64,000 nt of DNA from Candidatus Altiarchaeota archaeon (GTDB taxonomy: Archaea; Altiarchaeota; Altiarchaeia; IMC4; SCGC-AAA252-I15): assembly GCA_043804895.1 (NCBI GenBank), contig JAZDIN010000025.1, positions 64,001-128,000 of the forward strand, in the 5' to 3' direction. The number at the start of each line of letters is the position of its first letter. Position 1 is the first letter of the stretch. The position numbers and the translations under genes were made by a program. Under the pieces are notes generated by a model. It did no database searches. It worked only from the letters and a program-made list of their open reading frames with translations, and was not told where the DNA came from. Shown here one piece after another: positions 47,890 to 57,523 of this stretch.

Positions 47890-48468
47890 ATGATGGAGGA
47901 GGAGAAGGGTAAGAAAAAGAAGAAGCCTGAGAAGAAGGAGGTTAAGGACCACAGGCCGAAGCCTCCGGAGGCTGTGGCCGGTGTTGACAAGGATTTCGTC
48001 CACTTGGTCCGGCTTGCAGGCGTTGTAGTCAACGGAAGCCTTACCATCCCCAAGGCTCTTATGAAAGTCAGGGGTATCGGGCCGAGGGTTGCTGAGACTA
48101 TCATAATCCACCTGGGTTTCCCTGCTGACACTAAAGTCGGAAGCCTGAAAGAACCTCAGATAGCTGAGATAGAGAAGAAGCTTGAGGGGTTGAACACCAT
48201 GCTCCCGACTTGGATGCTCAACAGGCGGAAGGACTTTGTCACAGGCGTTGACTTCCACAAAATAGGCCCAGAGCTTGACATACAAAGGCGTGAGGACATA
48301 AACCGCGAGAAGAAGATAAGGTCCTATAGGGGTATCAGGCACAGTCTCGACCTGCCTGTTAGAGGACAGCGCACAAGATCATCATTCAGGACTGGCTCGA
48401 CAATTGGCGTAAGCCGTAAGAAGGCTGCCGCTTCAGTGTCTGCCAAACCGGAGAAAGGTAAGCAATAA
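47890..48468 (+). CDS. rps13: 30S ribosomal protein S13 with charged N-terminal extension
   Basis: GIG.R, WMLNRRKD, SYRGIRH..LPVRGQRT. Start 47881/47890/47893 uncertain. Confidence 0.95.
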   Translation: MMEEEKGKKKKKPEKKEVKDHRPKPPEAVAGVDKDFVHLVRLAGVVVNGSLTIPKALMKVRGIGPRVAETIIIHLGFPADTKVGSLKEPQIAEIEKKLEGLNTMLPTWMLNRRKDFVTGVDFHKIGPELDIQRREDINREKKIRSYRGIRHSLDLPVRGQRTRSSFRTGSTIGVSRKKAAASVSAKPEKGKQ

Positions 48469-48980
48469 TGGGAACACCGAGAAAACAACGCAGGAAGTAC
48501 GCAAGACCAAGCCACCCGTGGAAGATGGTGAGGATAACAGAAGAGAAGGAACTCTGCGTAAAATACGGTCTAAAGAACAAGAAGGAGGTTTGGAAGATCA
48601 GAAGCCAGCTCGGAAGGATACGAGAGCAGGCTAAGAGGCTCATGGCCCAAGCAGGCCTCGAGTCTGAGAAGCAGAAGAAAGATTTAATAGCGAAATTGAA
48701 CTCATGGGGCATAAAGGTGGGAAGCATCGACGATGTGCTCGGCCTCGGCGCTGAGAGCATCCTAGAGCGGAGGCTCGAGACGGTCGTCTACCGCAAAGGC
48801 CTTACAAACACACCCAAACAGGCTAGACAGTTCATAACACACAATCACGTTTACGTCGGCAACCACAAGGTCAGCATCCCAAGCTATATCGTATTAGCTT
48901 CGGAAGAAGACACTGTTAGGTTGTCTGATGAAATAAAGGTTGAGAAAAGTGCCGCAGAAGAAGTCAAAGAAGGAGGATAA
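48468..48980 (+). CDS. rps4: 30S ribosomal protein S4
   Basis: [31 protein letters not shown]. Confidence 0.95.
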   Translation: MGTPRKQRRKYARPSHPWKMVRITEEKELCVKYGLKNKKEVWKIRSQLGRIREQAKRLMAQAGLESEKQKKDLIAKLNSWGIKVGSIDDVLGLGAESILERRLETVVYRKGLTNTPKQARQFITHNHVYVGNHKVSIPSYIVLASEEDTVRLSDEIKVEKSAAEEVKEGG

Positions 48981-49485
48981 GGCCCCCGAGGTTAAGGAGG
49001 AGGCGGAAAAGAAGGAGCAGCTAGCGGAGCCTAAGGAAGAGCCTAAACAAAAACCAGCTGAAGAAGCTAAGGTTGAGGAGAAGGTAAAATCCAAAAAACC
49101 CGGAATGTGGGGAATAATGAACCTATACTCATCAAAAAACAACACAATCCTGCACGTGACAGACATAACAGGAGCAGAGACTGTTGCCATGAAATCAGGC
49201 GGTATGATAGTCAAATCAGACCGTGAGGAAGGATCGCCATATGCTGCAATGCAAGCCGCCATACAGGTTGCTGAAGCCATAAAAGAAAAAGGCTACTCAG
49301 GCGTACACATCCGGGTCAGAGCCCCAGGAGGCCACAGCGGACCACGATACCCCGGCAAAGGCGCCCAAGCAGCCATACGCGCAATATCACGCTCAGGAAT
49401 AAGGATAGGCCGCATCGAGGATGTGACGCCGATACCGCACGACGGGTGCAGGCCAAAAGGCGGAAAGAGAGGTCGCAGGGTATGA
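48949..49485 (+). CDS. rps11: 30S ribosomal protein S11 with Lys/Glu-rich N-terminal extension
   Basis: [42 protein letters not shown]. Start (TTG 48940/GTG 48949) uncertain. Confidence 0.93.
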   Translation: MPQKKSKKEDKAPEVKEEAEKKEQLAEPKEEPKQKPAEEAKVEEKVKSKKPGMWGIMNLYSSKNNTILHVTDITGAETVAMKSGGMIVKSDREEGSPYAAMQAAIQVAEAIKEKGYSGVHIRVRAPGGHSGPRYPGKGAQAAIRAISRSGIRIGRIEDVTPIPHDGCRPKGGKRGRRV

Positions 49486-50090
49486 TAAAAATAGCAAATT
49501 ACGAACAGGAGGGCAATATTGCAAAGTTTGACATCTCAGGGATAGACGTGAAGACGCTGAACACCTTCAGGCGCACGATAATATCCGCTGTTCCAGTGAT
49601 GGCCATAGAACATGTCACATTCTACAACAACTCATCCATACTCAACGACGAAGCATTAGGTCACAGGCTAGGCCTAATTCCAATCTCAACAGACCTGAAA
49701 ACCTACACAATGCGGAGTGATTGCTCATGCAAAGAGAAGGGATGCGGCAAATGCGTGTGCAAGCTGACCCTGGACGTGACAGGGCCTAAGACAGTGTACT
49801 CAGGAGAATTGCAGACAAAAGACGAAAACATCAAACCAGTGCACGAGAAGATCCCCCTAGGCAAGCTGATGGTAGACCAGAAGATAAAACTCGAAGCAGA
49901 CGCAATCCTAGGCCTTGGCAGCGAACACGTCAAATGGCAGCCAGGCATCGCATCATACGAGATGAAAGACAAAAACACATTCCAAGTCACAGTGGAATCA
50001 TACGGTCAACTCCCAGTTGAAGAACTAATCAAAACCGCATTCGAGGTGGTAGACGCCAAAATAAAAGAAATCAAAGACAAACTCACATAA
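49482..50090 (+). CDS. rpoD: RNA polymerase subunit Rpo3 (D)
   Basis: [41 protein letters not shown]. Confidence 0.95.
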   Translation: MIKIANYEQEGNIAKFDISGIDVKTLNTFRRTIISAVPVMAIEHVTFYNNSSILNDEALGHRLGLIPISTDLKTYTMRSDCSCKEKGCGKCVCKLTLDVTGPKTVYSGELQTKDENIKPVHEKIPLGKLMVDQKIKLEADAILGLGSEHVKWQPGIASYEMKDKNTFQVTVESYGQLPVEELIKTAFEVVDAKIKEIKDKLT

Positions 50091-50096
50091 AAAAAC

Positions 50097-50219
50097 GCGG
50101 GGGTGCCCGAGTCCGGTCAAACATACCAGCCCCCCCAAAAGCGGGGACGTATGGGCTAAAGGGGCACGGTTGAGGGCCGTGTGGCAAGGCCTGCGCGAGT
50201 TCGAAGCTCGTCCCCCGCA
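50097..50219 (+). tRNA. tRNA-Leu(GAG) with 39-nt D-loop intron at 21/22 (50121-50159)
   Basis: Removing 50121-50159 gives GCGGGGGTGCCCGAGTCCGGTCAAAGGGGCACGGTTGAGGGCCGTG...TTCGAAG..CCCCCGCA. BHB-like helix GGTC/GGCT with AAA bulges. Conserved position between rpoD and rpl18e. Confidence 0.9.
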
Positions 50220-50482
50220 AGGAGCCTTTTTTCTTTCTTGAAAAGAAAGAAAAGCGGAAACCAAAGGTTTCCGATTGCAGCGAACCTACTGGTTCGCCGC
50301 AAAAAACGCTCGCGAAAAAAGAAAGAATCGAGCGGTCAAAGACCACTCAGAACGCATAACACAAAAAAGGAAAGAGCGAAGGAGGGTAGGGTTGATAAGG
50401 GCGGGAACGTAGTTCCTGCCCTTATGTTCGAAGGCTCGTCCCCCGCAAGAACCTTTTTCTTTTTTAGAAAAAAGAAAAAGGT
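50199..50482 (+). repeat. Imperfect direct repeat of the tRNA-Leu 3' end plus T/A-rich hairpin (50199-50255 vs 50426-50482)
   Basis: gttcgaag(g)ctcgtcccccgcaag..cctttt..aaaagaaa present twice, about 227 bp apart. Confidence 0.85.
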
Positions 50483-50514
50483 TCACGAAAAAGAAAAATA
50501 ATTAAACAAGTAAG

Positions 50515-50880
50515 ATGGTTCGGACAGTAGAGTTCCGGGATCCAGGAAGGCTGGAGTTGATTAAGACGCTGGAGAGCGCGTCAAAGGAGAATGAGTCCAG
50601 CCTATGGTCTCAGGTTGCTGAGGAGCTTTGCAGGGTCCGCAGGAACAGGCGTGAAGTTAACATACACAAGATAGAGAAGCACACCAAGGACGGGGAGATC
50701 ATCCTCATCCCTGGCAAGGTGTTGGGTGACGGCAGCCTAAGCCACAAGGTCGACGTCGCAGCGTTCAGGTTCACAGAAGGCGCAGTCAAGAAAATCAAGG
50801 CTGCGGGCGGGAAGACGATGAGCATACTCGAGCTTGTCGGTTCAAACCCTAAGGGGTCGAAAGTGAGGTTGATTGGCTAA
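50515..50880 (+). CDS. rpl18e: 50S ribosomal protein L18e
   Basis: W..VAE.L..RR.VN..KI, PGKVLG.G, AFRF..A..KI. Confidence 0.95.
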   Translation: MVRTVEFRDPGRLELIKTLESASKENESSLWSQVAEELCRVRRNRREVNIHKIEKHTKDGEIILIPGKVLGDGSLSHKVDVAAFRFTEGAVKKIKAAGGKTMSILELVGSNPKGSKVRLIG

Positions 50881-50881
50881 G

Positions 50882-51313
50882 ATGGCACTTGTGATAGATG
50901 CTGAAAGGCAGGTTCTTGGCAGGATGGCATCAGAGGCCGCGAAGAAGGCGCTCATGGGTGAGGAGGTGTTCATAGTTAACGCCGACAAGGCCTACGTCTC
51001 AGGAAACATGGGGGGCGTGTTTAAACAGAATCTCGAAAAGCTTGAAATCAAAAACAAGGGTAACTTCAACAAGGGTCCCTACCACCCGAAGCGCCCTGAT
51101 CATTACGTCCGCAAGGCGATACGGGGGATGCTGCCTTGGAAGAGGACTCGTGGGAGGGATGCTTACAGGCGGGTCAGGGTCTACATCGGAGTTCCAGAGG
51201 AGATGTTCAGAGAAAACAACTTGACGATGCCGAAGAAGGAAGTGCCTAAGAAGAAGTTGAGGAGGAAGGTCACAGTGGCTGAGATATGCAAGTACATTGG
51301 AGGTAGTTGGTGA
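50882..51313 (+). CDS. rpl13: 50S ribosomal protein L13
   Basis: IDA...LGR.AS..AK, VNA, GPYHPKRP, IRGMLP. Confidence 0.95.
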   Translation: MALVIDAERQVLGRMASEAAKKALMGEEVFIVNADKAYVSGNMGGVFKQNLEKLEIKNKGNFNKGPYHPKRPDHYVRKAIRGMLPWKRTRGRDAYRRVRVYIGVPEEMFRENNLTMPKKEVPKKKLRRKVTVAEICKYIGGSW

Positions 51314-51720
51314 TGGGCACCGTAGTCACAGGAAAAAGGAAGGAGTCCATTGCAAGGGCTAACATCTACGCTGGTAACGGAGTTTTCAGGATAAACTCGA
51401 TGCTGTTTGAAAACTATATGCCGCGCATGGCAAGGGAGCGAATAAGGCAGGCCATTATTTTGGCAGACGGCATAGTTGACATGAGTAAAGTTAACATAGA
51501 TATAATATCCTCAGGCGGCGGCGTCATGGGCCAGTCGGACGCGATAGCCTCCGCGATCGCGAGGGGATTGGTTGTGTACGCCAAGAGCGACCAGCTACAT
51601 GACGTCTACGTGAAATATGATCGTACATTGATAGCCGGAGACCACAGGCAGACTGAGGTGCACAAACCAAGCCAGTCAAGCAAAGGTCCCAGGCACAAGA
51701 GGCAGAAGTCATACAGGTGA
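51313..51720 (+). CDS. rps9: 30S ribosomal protein S9
   Basis: GKRK.SIARA, GGG..GQ, YDRTL, QKSYR. Confidence 0.95.
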   Translation: MGTVVTGKRKESIARANIYAGNGVFRINSMLFENYMPRMARERIRQAIILADGIVDMSKVNIDIISSGGGVMGQSDAIASAIARGLVVYAKSDQLHDVYVKYDRTLIAGDHRQTEVHKPSQSSKGPRHKRQKSYR

Positions 51721-51724
51721 TACC

Positions 51725-51922
51725 ATGATTATACCAGTGCGTTGTTTCAGTTGCGGAAAGCCAGTAGCACAGGACTGGGAGGAGTATGTCGAGCGCACGA
51801 AGAAGGGAGAGACTGCAGGTAAGGTATTGGATTCCCTCGGGCATTCCCGCTACTGCTGCAGGCGCATGTTCATCACTCATAGCGACGTAATCGACGAAGT
51901 GATGAAGCACAAGAGGTTTTAA
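51725..51922 (+). CDS. rpoN: RNA polymerase subunit Rpo10 (N)
   Basis: [19 protein letters not shown]. Confidence 0.97.
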   Translation: MIIPVRCFSCGKPVAQDWEEYVERTKKGETAGKVLDSLGHSRYCCRRMFITHSDVIDEVMKHKRF

Positions 51923-51923
51923 G

Positions 51924-52091
51924 GTGGACTACGAGAGATTCGAGAAGGCAAGGATAATCGGCGCGAGAGCGCTTCAGATCAAGATGGGCGCGCCGGTGCT
52001 TGTCACCGTCAAAGGCGACCTATCGGCCTTGGAGATATCCAAGCTAGAGTTCGAAAAGGACGTCATACCGATAACAGTGAAGAGAAAATGA
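51924..52091 (+). CDS. rpoK: RNA polymerase subunit Rpo6 (K), 55 aa, missing from the ORF track
   Basis: Manual translation from [30 protein letters not shown]...IPITVKRK. Confidence 0.95.
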   Translation: MDYERFEKARIIGARALQIKMGAPVLVTVKGDLSALEISKLEFEKDVIPITVKRK

Positions 52092-52777
52092 CAGAGCAAG
52101 AGGAGAATCAGGAAGCAGGAGAGAGGCTTTTGGTCTCATTGGACGATTACCTGTCCAACGGAGTCCATGTAGGCCTCAAATATAAGTCAGCTGACATGCG
52201 ACCGTTCATCTACAAGATACGCCCAGACAAGCTTTGCGTTTTTGACGTCCAGAAGATTGATGAACGCCTCAGGCTTGCGGCGAAGTTCATCTCATCATAC
52301 AAGCCAGAGGAGGTCTTGGTAGTCTCAAACCGCGTTTACGGGAGGGCGCCCATTAGGCACTTCTCTAATGCTCTTGGTTTCAAGTACGTCGATGACAGGT
52401 TCGTGTCAGGGACGCTGACTAATCCGAGTATCGAAACCTATGCTGAGCCGAAACTTCTGGTTGTAACAGACCCTACTGCGGACCAGCAGGCGGTGAAGGA
52501 GGCTAAGGACGCCGGGTTGACTGTCGTTGCGATATGCGACACCAACACAAGGGCTAAGGATATCGACTTCATCATTCCCAGCAACAACAAGGGCAAGAAC
52601 GCCCTTGCGTTTGTGTATTGGATCCTGACTCGGGAGATACTGCGCCTTAGGGGTATTGACACATTCGACGCTCCACTTGAAAACTACATTAGCAAGGCAG
52701 AACCCCAACCCTACCTGATTCTACTGCAGGAGAGGGCGAAGCTTAAGAGGCAGAAGAAACGCAAGAGGAGAACGTAG
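52088..52777 (+). CDS. rps2: 30S ribosomal protein S2
   Basis: YL..GVHVG, M.PFIYK.R.D, RF..GTLTNP, TDP..D.QA, PSNNKG. Confidence 0.96.
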   Translation: MTEQEENQEAGERLLVSLDDYLSNGVHVGLKYKSADMRPFIYKIRPDKLCVFDVQKIDERLRLAAKFISSYKPEEVLVVSNRVYGRAPIRHFSNALGFKYVDDRFVSGTLTNPSIETYAEPKLLVVTDPTADQQAVKEAKDAGLTVVAICDTNTRAKDIDFIIPSNNKGKNALAFVYWILTREILRLRGIDTFDAPLENYISKAEPQPYLILLQERAKLKRQKKRKRRT

Positions 52778-52794
52778 TCGTAAGCTAACCAACG

Positions 52795-53535
52795 TCAAAC
52801 GATTTCCCTGAGCTTATCCATTGTTATCGGTTTAACGTGGTGTATGTTCTCCCCGCTCGAGGTAACGTTGAACATCTGTGTTTTGCTGTGGGATGCCAAT
52901 TCCTCTATTATCTTCTTACCCACCCTAAGGTTCCTCGGCTTCTTCACAGGGTCATAGTTACCAGAATACACTCCTATGACGCTCCCGAAATCCATGCCAG
53001 CCAACACTATAAGGGAGGGTCTGAAGTGTTCAACGATGTATACTGCCCTATCCCCGTCCGTGAACCCTCCGAAGTTGTGCACCTTCTCAGTCGGCACCGA
53101 TTGAGTGGTGCCATAGACGACTCCCTTAAGAAGCGGCATGACTCTGACGATGACCCTCATGTTCCCCGAATGTGCGTGCACCATCGTTATACACCCATAA
53201 TGGTTCGCCTTAAGTATCGACGGCAGGTCCCCGTCCAAGTCAGTGACATTGACATGTGGGATTATGTTATACTGTAAGAGGGCCTTCGCCGCCCCATCAA
53301 CTGCCACGCACACGCACCTCAGGTGTATGCCGGCCTCCCATATCTTGTTAAGGTCGTTTTCAAGGCTAGGGCCGCATCCGAATATTATCACGGGTCTGCC
53401 GTTGATCAACGTCTCAAGCTTCTTGGGGTCCTCTCTCTTTATCATCTTGTCGAGAATCAGCGTGGCTTTGCTGTCCTCTGCCATGTTAAGGTCTAGGGAT
53501 CTTACGACTTCAAGGTACTTATGGCTCCACGGCAT
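52795..53535 (-). CDS. mptE: 6-hydroxymethyl-7,8-dihydropterin pyrophosphokinase (MptE/DUF115)
   Basis: G.GPSL, VDGA, VTDLDGD, VHAH.GN, NFGGFTDGDRA, GMDFG. Confidence 0.88.
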   Translation of the reverse strand: MPWSHKYLEVVRSLDLNMAEDSKATLILDKMIKREDPKKLETLINGRPVIIFGCGPSLENDLNKIWEAGIHLRCVCVAVDGAAKALLQYNIIPHVNVTDLDGDLPSILKANHYGCITMVHAHSGNMRVIVRVMPLLKGVVYGTTQSVPTEKVHNFGGFTDGDRAVYIVEHFRPSLIVLAGMDFGSVIGVYSGNYDPVKKPRNLRVGKKIIEELASHSKTQMFNVTSSGENIHHVKPITMDKLREIV

Positions 53536-53662
53536 CCTACCACCCTATCGAGGATTCGGCATAGTATTGTGCCATCGCATCCTCTGACGAATCCGAGTTG
53601 ATGCCTCGCCTTTGGGGTGAGGTCATTCATTTAATGCATCTGAAGTCGTAGATAAATACACC

Positions 53663-54349
53663 GTGACAGTATCTGACCAGCGTTTCATGGTTGATGATGG
53701 CTTATTAGATGAGATTGTGGGCTACGGAGAGCTCAGGAGCGGCGATGTTGTTCTGGAGGTGGGGGCTGGTGAGGGGGAGTTGACAGAAAAGATTGCAGTG
53801 CAGGCTAAGGTGACTGCTGTGGAGAATGACCACAGATTGTACCGTGTCCTTGAGAGGAGATTCAAGGGGGATAGCAGGGTCTTCCTACTCCATGGTGACG
53901 CCTTGCGAGTCGAATATCCACCCCATAACAAGATAATCTCTAACATACCTTACAGCATAAGCAGGAAGCTTGTGGAGCGATTCATCCTCAATGGCTTCGA
54001 TACTGCAGTCCTTGTAGTCCAGTCAGAGTTCGCAAAGAAACTTGGCGCGAAGCCTCTATATGGAAACTACAGGATGGTCTCGGTCCTTGCCCAAAGCACA
54101 TGCGACGTTGAAGTACTCCGGGGGATACCAGCCGACTCATTCCATCCGAAACCTAATGTATCAAGCTCAGTTGTCAGGTTAAAGCAAGTCTGGAGGCCGC
54201 CCGAGGGATATCTAACGTTCTTGAACCGTCTTTTCAGCCTCAAAAACAAGAAAATACGCAATATAATGGAGGTTCCGGGGGCATACCTGCAAAAGCGTCC
54301 ATGTGAGATGACTCCTCAGGAGATATTGGGCCTATACAGATGTTTTTAA
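53663..54349 (+). CDS. rsmA: 16S rRNA adenine dimethyltransferase (KsgA/Dim1)
   Basis: DQRF.VD, LEVGAG.G.LT, SNIPYSIS, Q.EFA, F.PKP.V.S. Confidence 0.92.
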   Translation: MTVSDQRFMVDDGLLDEIVGYGELRSGDVVLEVGAGEGELTEKIAVQAKVTAVENDHRLYRVLERRFKGDSRVFLLHGDALRVEYPPHNKIISNIPYSISRKLVERFILNGFDTAVLVVQSEFAKKLGAKPLYGNYRMVSVLAQSTCDVEVLRGIPADSFHPKPNVSSSVVRLKQVWRPPEGYLTFLNRLFSLKNKKIRNIMEVPGAYLQKRPCEMTPQEILGLYRCF

Positions 54350-54385
54350 TGCGTTTTCATTATACTTATTCTACAGGTGATTCGG

Positions 54386-55270
54386 ATGGTGAAGAGGATA
54401 AGAGGGACTAAACTCCTAAAAGAAGGATTCGCAAAGATGGTTAAGCGCGGCGTCGTCATGGACGTCACAAACGCGCAGCAGGCAGCTATTGCAGAGGATG
54501 CAGGCGCCTGCGCAGTGATGGCGTTGGAGCGTGTCCCAGCCGACATACGAGCGGCAGGCGGCGTAGCCAGGATGGCAGACCCAGTCAAGATTCTTGAGAT
54601 AATGGATGTTGTCACCATCCCTGTGATGGCTAAATGCCGCATAGGGCATTTCGTGGAGGCTCAAGTCCTGCAGGATTTGGGGGTTGACATGATAGACGAG
54701 AGCGAGGTGTTGACTCCTGCTGACGAACACAACCACGTTGACAAGAAGAAGTTCACAGTACCTTTCGTCTGCGGATGCAGGAACCTCGGAGAGGCCTTAA
54801 GGAGGGTGAGTGAAGGCGCAGCGATGATACGGACTAAGGGTGAGGCGGGCACAGGAAACATCGTTGAGGCTGTTAGGCACATGCGTGCTGTAATCAGCGA
54901 GATAAATAAGATAAAATCCATGAGCGAGGACGAACTTTACGCGGAGGCTAAGGAGCTGATTGCGCCCGTCGAGCTTGTGAGGGAAGTCAAGAGGCAGGGG
55001 AGGATGCCAGTCGTCAACTTCAGCGCGGGTGGAATCGCAACACCGGCGGACGCGGCGTTGATGATGCAGCTTGGCGCAGACGGTAACTTCGTAGGGTCAG
55101 GGATATTCAAAAGCCAGAAGCCTGAGCTCATGGCCAAGGCGATAGTGGAGGCTACTTTACACTTCGACAAACCTGACGTGATAGTGGAGGTCAGTAAAGG
55201 TCTTGGAAGCGCCATGCCGGGCTTTGAGATTTCCAGCCTGAAGGAGCGCCTGCAGGAAAGGGGTGTCTGA
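54386..55270 (+). CDS. pdxS: Pyridoxal 5'-phosphate synthase subunit PdxS
   Basis: [44 protein letters not shown]. Confidence 0.97.
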   Translation: MVKRIRGTKLLKEGFAKMVKRGVVMDVTNAQQAAIAEDAGACAVMALERVPADIRAAGGVARMADPVKILEIMDVVTIPVMAKCRIGHFVEAQVLQDLGVDMIDESEVLTPADEHNHVDKKKFTVPFVCGCRNLGEALRRVSEGAAMIRTKGEAGTGNIVEAVRHMRAVISEINKIKSMSEDELYAEAKELIAPVELVREVKRQGRMPVVNFSAGGIATPADAALMMQLGADGNFVGSGIFKSQKPELMAKAIVEATLHFDKPDVIVEVSKGLGSAMPGFEISSLKERLQERGV

Positions 55271-56070
55271 TGCTAGTCAGGGACGCAATGTCCAAGGACC
55301 CATTAATCGTGCGACCAGACGATAACGCCCTTAATGTGGGCAATATCATGGATGCTAAAAGCATCGGAGTAGCCGTGGTAATCGAAGATGGCGAGTTCAG
55401 GGGAATACTGAGTAAAGAGACATTTGTAACAAACCTGGGCAAACTCTGTGACAGGCCTATAGAGTCGTTTGTCGTCTCAGATCTCATGGAGTCTGACATA
55501 TACTCTGTGAACGAAGACGATGACCTGATGGAGGCGATTAACCTCCTCCTAGTGCAGAAGAGTATAGTGGACATCCTGCCAGTCCTTTCGGAAGGCAGGG
55601 TCACCGGACTCCTATCGAAGACTAACATGACAAAGGTCTTCTTGGATAAAATGGTTGGGAGGTACAAGGTGGCTGACCTCATGCACTACGATCCTGTGAC
55701 CGTCTTCGATTACACGCCGTTGACTGAAGTCATCGACGAGATGAAGAACATGGCAGTCAAGAGGGTGCTGGTACTCTCAGGCGACAATCTCGTGGGTATA
55801 ATATCCATCCGCGACCTTAGCCTTGCTCTCTTCAGACAGAAGAAGCTGTGCAACACGGTCGACCCAACCTCTTCGCTTACCGTAGCCGACATAATGACGC
55901 GCAAACTCACGACGATAAGTCGAAAAGCCGATGCCGCGGAGGCTGCGAAGGTTATGGTGGAAAGGAACATAGGTGGCGTGCCTGTCATCGACGGCAGGCT
56001 TGACGGCATAATAACCCGATCAGACCTCCTCAAAGGCTATCAGATAGCGTTCTCCCAGGAAAAGCGCTAG
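55270..56070 (+). CDS. CBS-domain protein (two CBS pairs)
   Basis: V.D.M repeated four times; G.L/GII motifs. Confidence 0.88.
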   Translation: MLVRDAMSKDPLIVRPDDNALNVGNIMDAKSIGVAVVIEDGEFRGILSKETFVTNLGKLCDRPIESFVVSDLMESDIYSVNEDDDLMEAINLLLVQKSIVDILPVLSEGRVTGLLSKTNMTKVFLDKMVGRYKVADLMHYDPVTVFDYTPLTEVIDEMKNMAVKRVLVLSGDNLVGIISIRDLSLALFRQKKLCNTVDPTSSLTVADIMTRKLTTISRKADAAEAAKVMVERNIGGVPVIDGRLDGIITRSDLLKGYQIAFSQEKR

Positions 56071-56105
56071 TAGATTAATAAAGCTGTCCAGCATTATATC
56101 CTCTC

Positions 56106-56690
56106 ATGGACGTCGGGGTGTTGGACGTGCAGGGGGACGTCACAGAACACGTGGCTGCCCTCATGAAGGCCTCTGATTCCTTAGGACTTAAAATCCACGT
56201 TCACAGGGTTAAGACTCCCCAAGACATAAAGGCTATGTCAGCTCTCGTGCTTCCGGGGGGTGAGAGCACTACAGTCGGTAGGTTGATGGAAAGATACGGG
56301 ATGGATTCAGCCCTCAGGGACGTCGCCTCGGAGGTTCCGATACTCGGCACATGCGCTGGCATGGTGATGTTCTCATCAGAAGGCGGCAACATGAAGGAAG
56401 GCCAGAAGCTTCTTGGCTTATTTGATGCGAGGGTGGAAAGGAACGCATATGGTCGCCAGCGGGAAAGTTTCGAGGCCGAATTGGATATCCCTGTTCTGGG
56501 GAAAAAGTCTTTTCCTGGCATTTTCATACGGGCGCCGGCGCTGGAGAGGGTGTGGGGCCGGTGCAGGGTCCTGTGCAGGCATGATGGGAAGATTGTCCTG
56601 GTGCAACAGGATAACATACTAGCTTGCGCATTCCACCCCGAACTCACAGAAGACATGAGGTTGCATGAGTATTTCTTGGAGATGATATGA
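56106..56690 (+). CDS. pdxT: PLP synthase glutaminase subunit PdxT
   Basis: VQGDV.EH, PGGESTT, GTCAG, RNAYGRQ, FIRAP, FHPEL. Confidence 0.97.
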   Translation: MDVGVLDVQGDVTEHVAALMKASDSLGLKIHVHRVKTPQDIKAMSALVLPGGESTTVGRLMERYGMDSALRDVASEVPILGTCAGMVMFSSEGGNMKEGQKLLGLFDARVERNAYGRQRESFEAELDIPVLGKKSFPGIFIRAPALERVWGRCRVLCRHDGKIVLVQQDNILACAFHPELTEDMRLHEYFLEMI

Positions 56691-56691
56691 C

Positions 56692-57066
56692 ATGCCACTC
56701 GTAGACTTCGACACAGTCTCGGACGAGATTGAGGATGCTGGGAGCATCAGGGTCATGCAGGCTCTCATACGCTCAAGCCTCTACCATGGCGCGGACAACA
56801 GGCCAGCAATGCTGATACTCTCAGACAAGACACTATTTTACGGTGGAGGCGAAGCGGACGGCGGCAGATTCCGTCGAGTGCCTGTGCAAAGCATTACACG
56901 TCTGGCGAAGGTTGGTCTTCTCATCTGGGAGTGTGTTGAACTGAAGCACATGGAAATCGAAGGGGAACGGAAAATGTACATCTGCCCGTTCACAGGCCAG
57001 CCTGGCAGGCCTAGGAAGGATTACGAGTCGATGGAGCAACTGTTAAAACTAAAAGAAAATGGATGA
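56692..57066 (+). CDS. Hypothetical protein
   Basis: 124-aa ORF tightly packed in the operon; no family recognised. Confidence 0.6.
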   Translation: MPLVDFDTVSDEIEDAGSIRVMQALIRSSLYHGADNRPAMLILSDKTLFYGGGEADGGRFRRVPVQSITRLAKVGLLIWECVELKHMEIEGERKMYICPFTGQPGRPRKDYESMEQLLKLKENG

Positions 57067-57523
57067 GAGAATATTCAGGACTAAGTTCGGGTGGATGGTA
57101 GTGGCTGCTACTGAAAAAGGGATATGTCGTGTCGCGCTTCCTGTAAAGGGAAAGATTAAAGCCACGAAAGGGGTTAGGATCAAGTTCCCCTCTCAGCTTA
57201 GGTCAGACATGATAAAGTACTTCAGGGGCGGGCGGGTGGATTTTAAAAGATACCCGGCAGACTTGACAAGATGCACAAGGTTCCAGAAGCTCGTACTGTC
57301 CTGTGTGAGGAAGATACCCTACGGGACTACGATGACATACTCTGAGGTAGCTAGGAAAATAGGAAAACCGAAGGCAGCACGCGCGGTCGGCGGGGCATTG
57401 AATGCGAATCCGCTGCCGCTATTAATCCCTTGCCACAGGGTCACGGCAGCCAAAGGACTCGGCGGCTTCGCATGCGGGGCTGGAATGAAAAAAAGGATGC
57501 TTGAAATGGAGGGTGTCATATGA
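57059..57523 (+). CDS. ogt: Methylated-DNA--protein-cysteine methyltransferase
   Basis: IPYG...TY, ARAVG.A..NP, IPCHRV. Confidence 0.95.
   Translation: MDERIFRTKFGWMVVAATEKGICRVALPVKGKIKATKGVRIKFPSQLRSDMIKYFRGGRVDFKRYPADLTRCTRFQKLVLSCVRKIPYGTTMTYSEVARKIGKPKAARAVGGALNANPLPLLIPCHRVTAAKGLGGFACGAGMKKRMLEMEGVI

Noticed and set aside
50376-50447. Possible split-tRNA 3' half or second tRNA
   Set aside because: Only the T-loop to acceptor portion matches, with an extra G. There is no anticodon arm and no complementary partner in the window.
50181-50501. 106-aa Lys/Arg-rich ORF and opposite-strand ORFs
   Set aside because: They overlap tRNA-Leu and the A-rich hairpin element; composition is explained by homopolymer runs.
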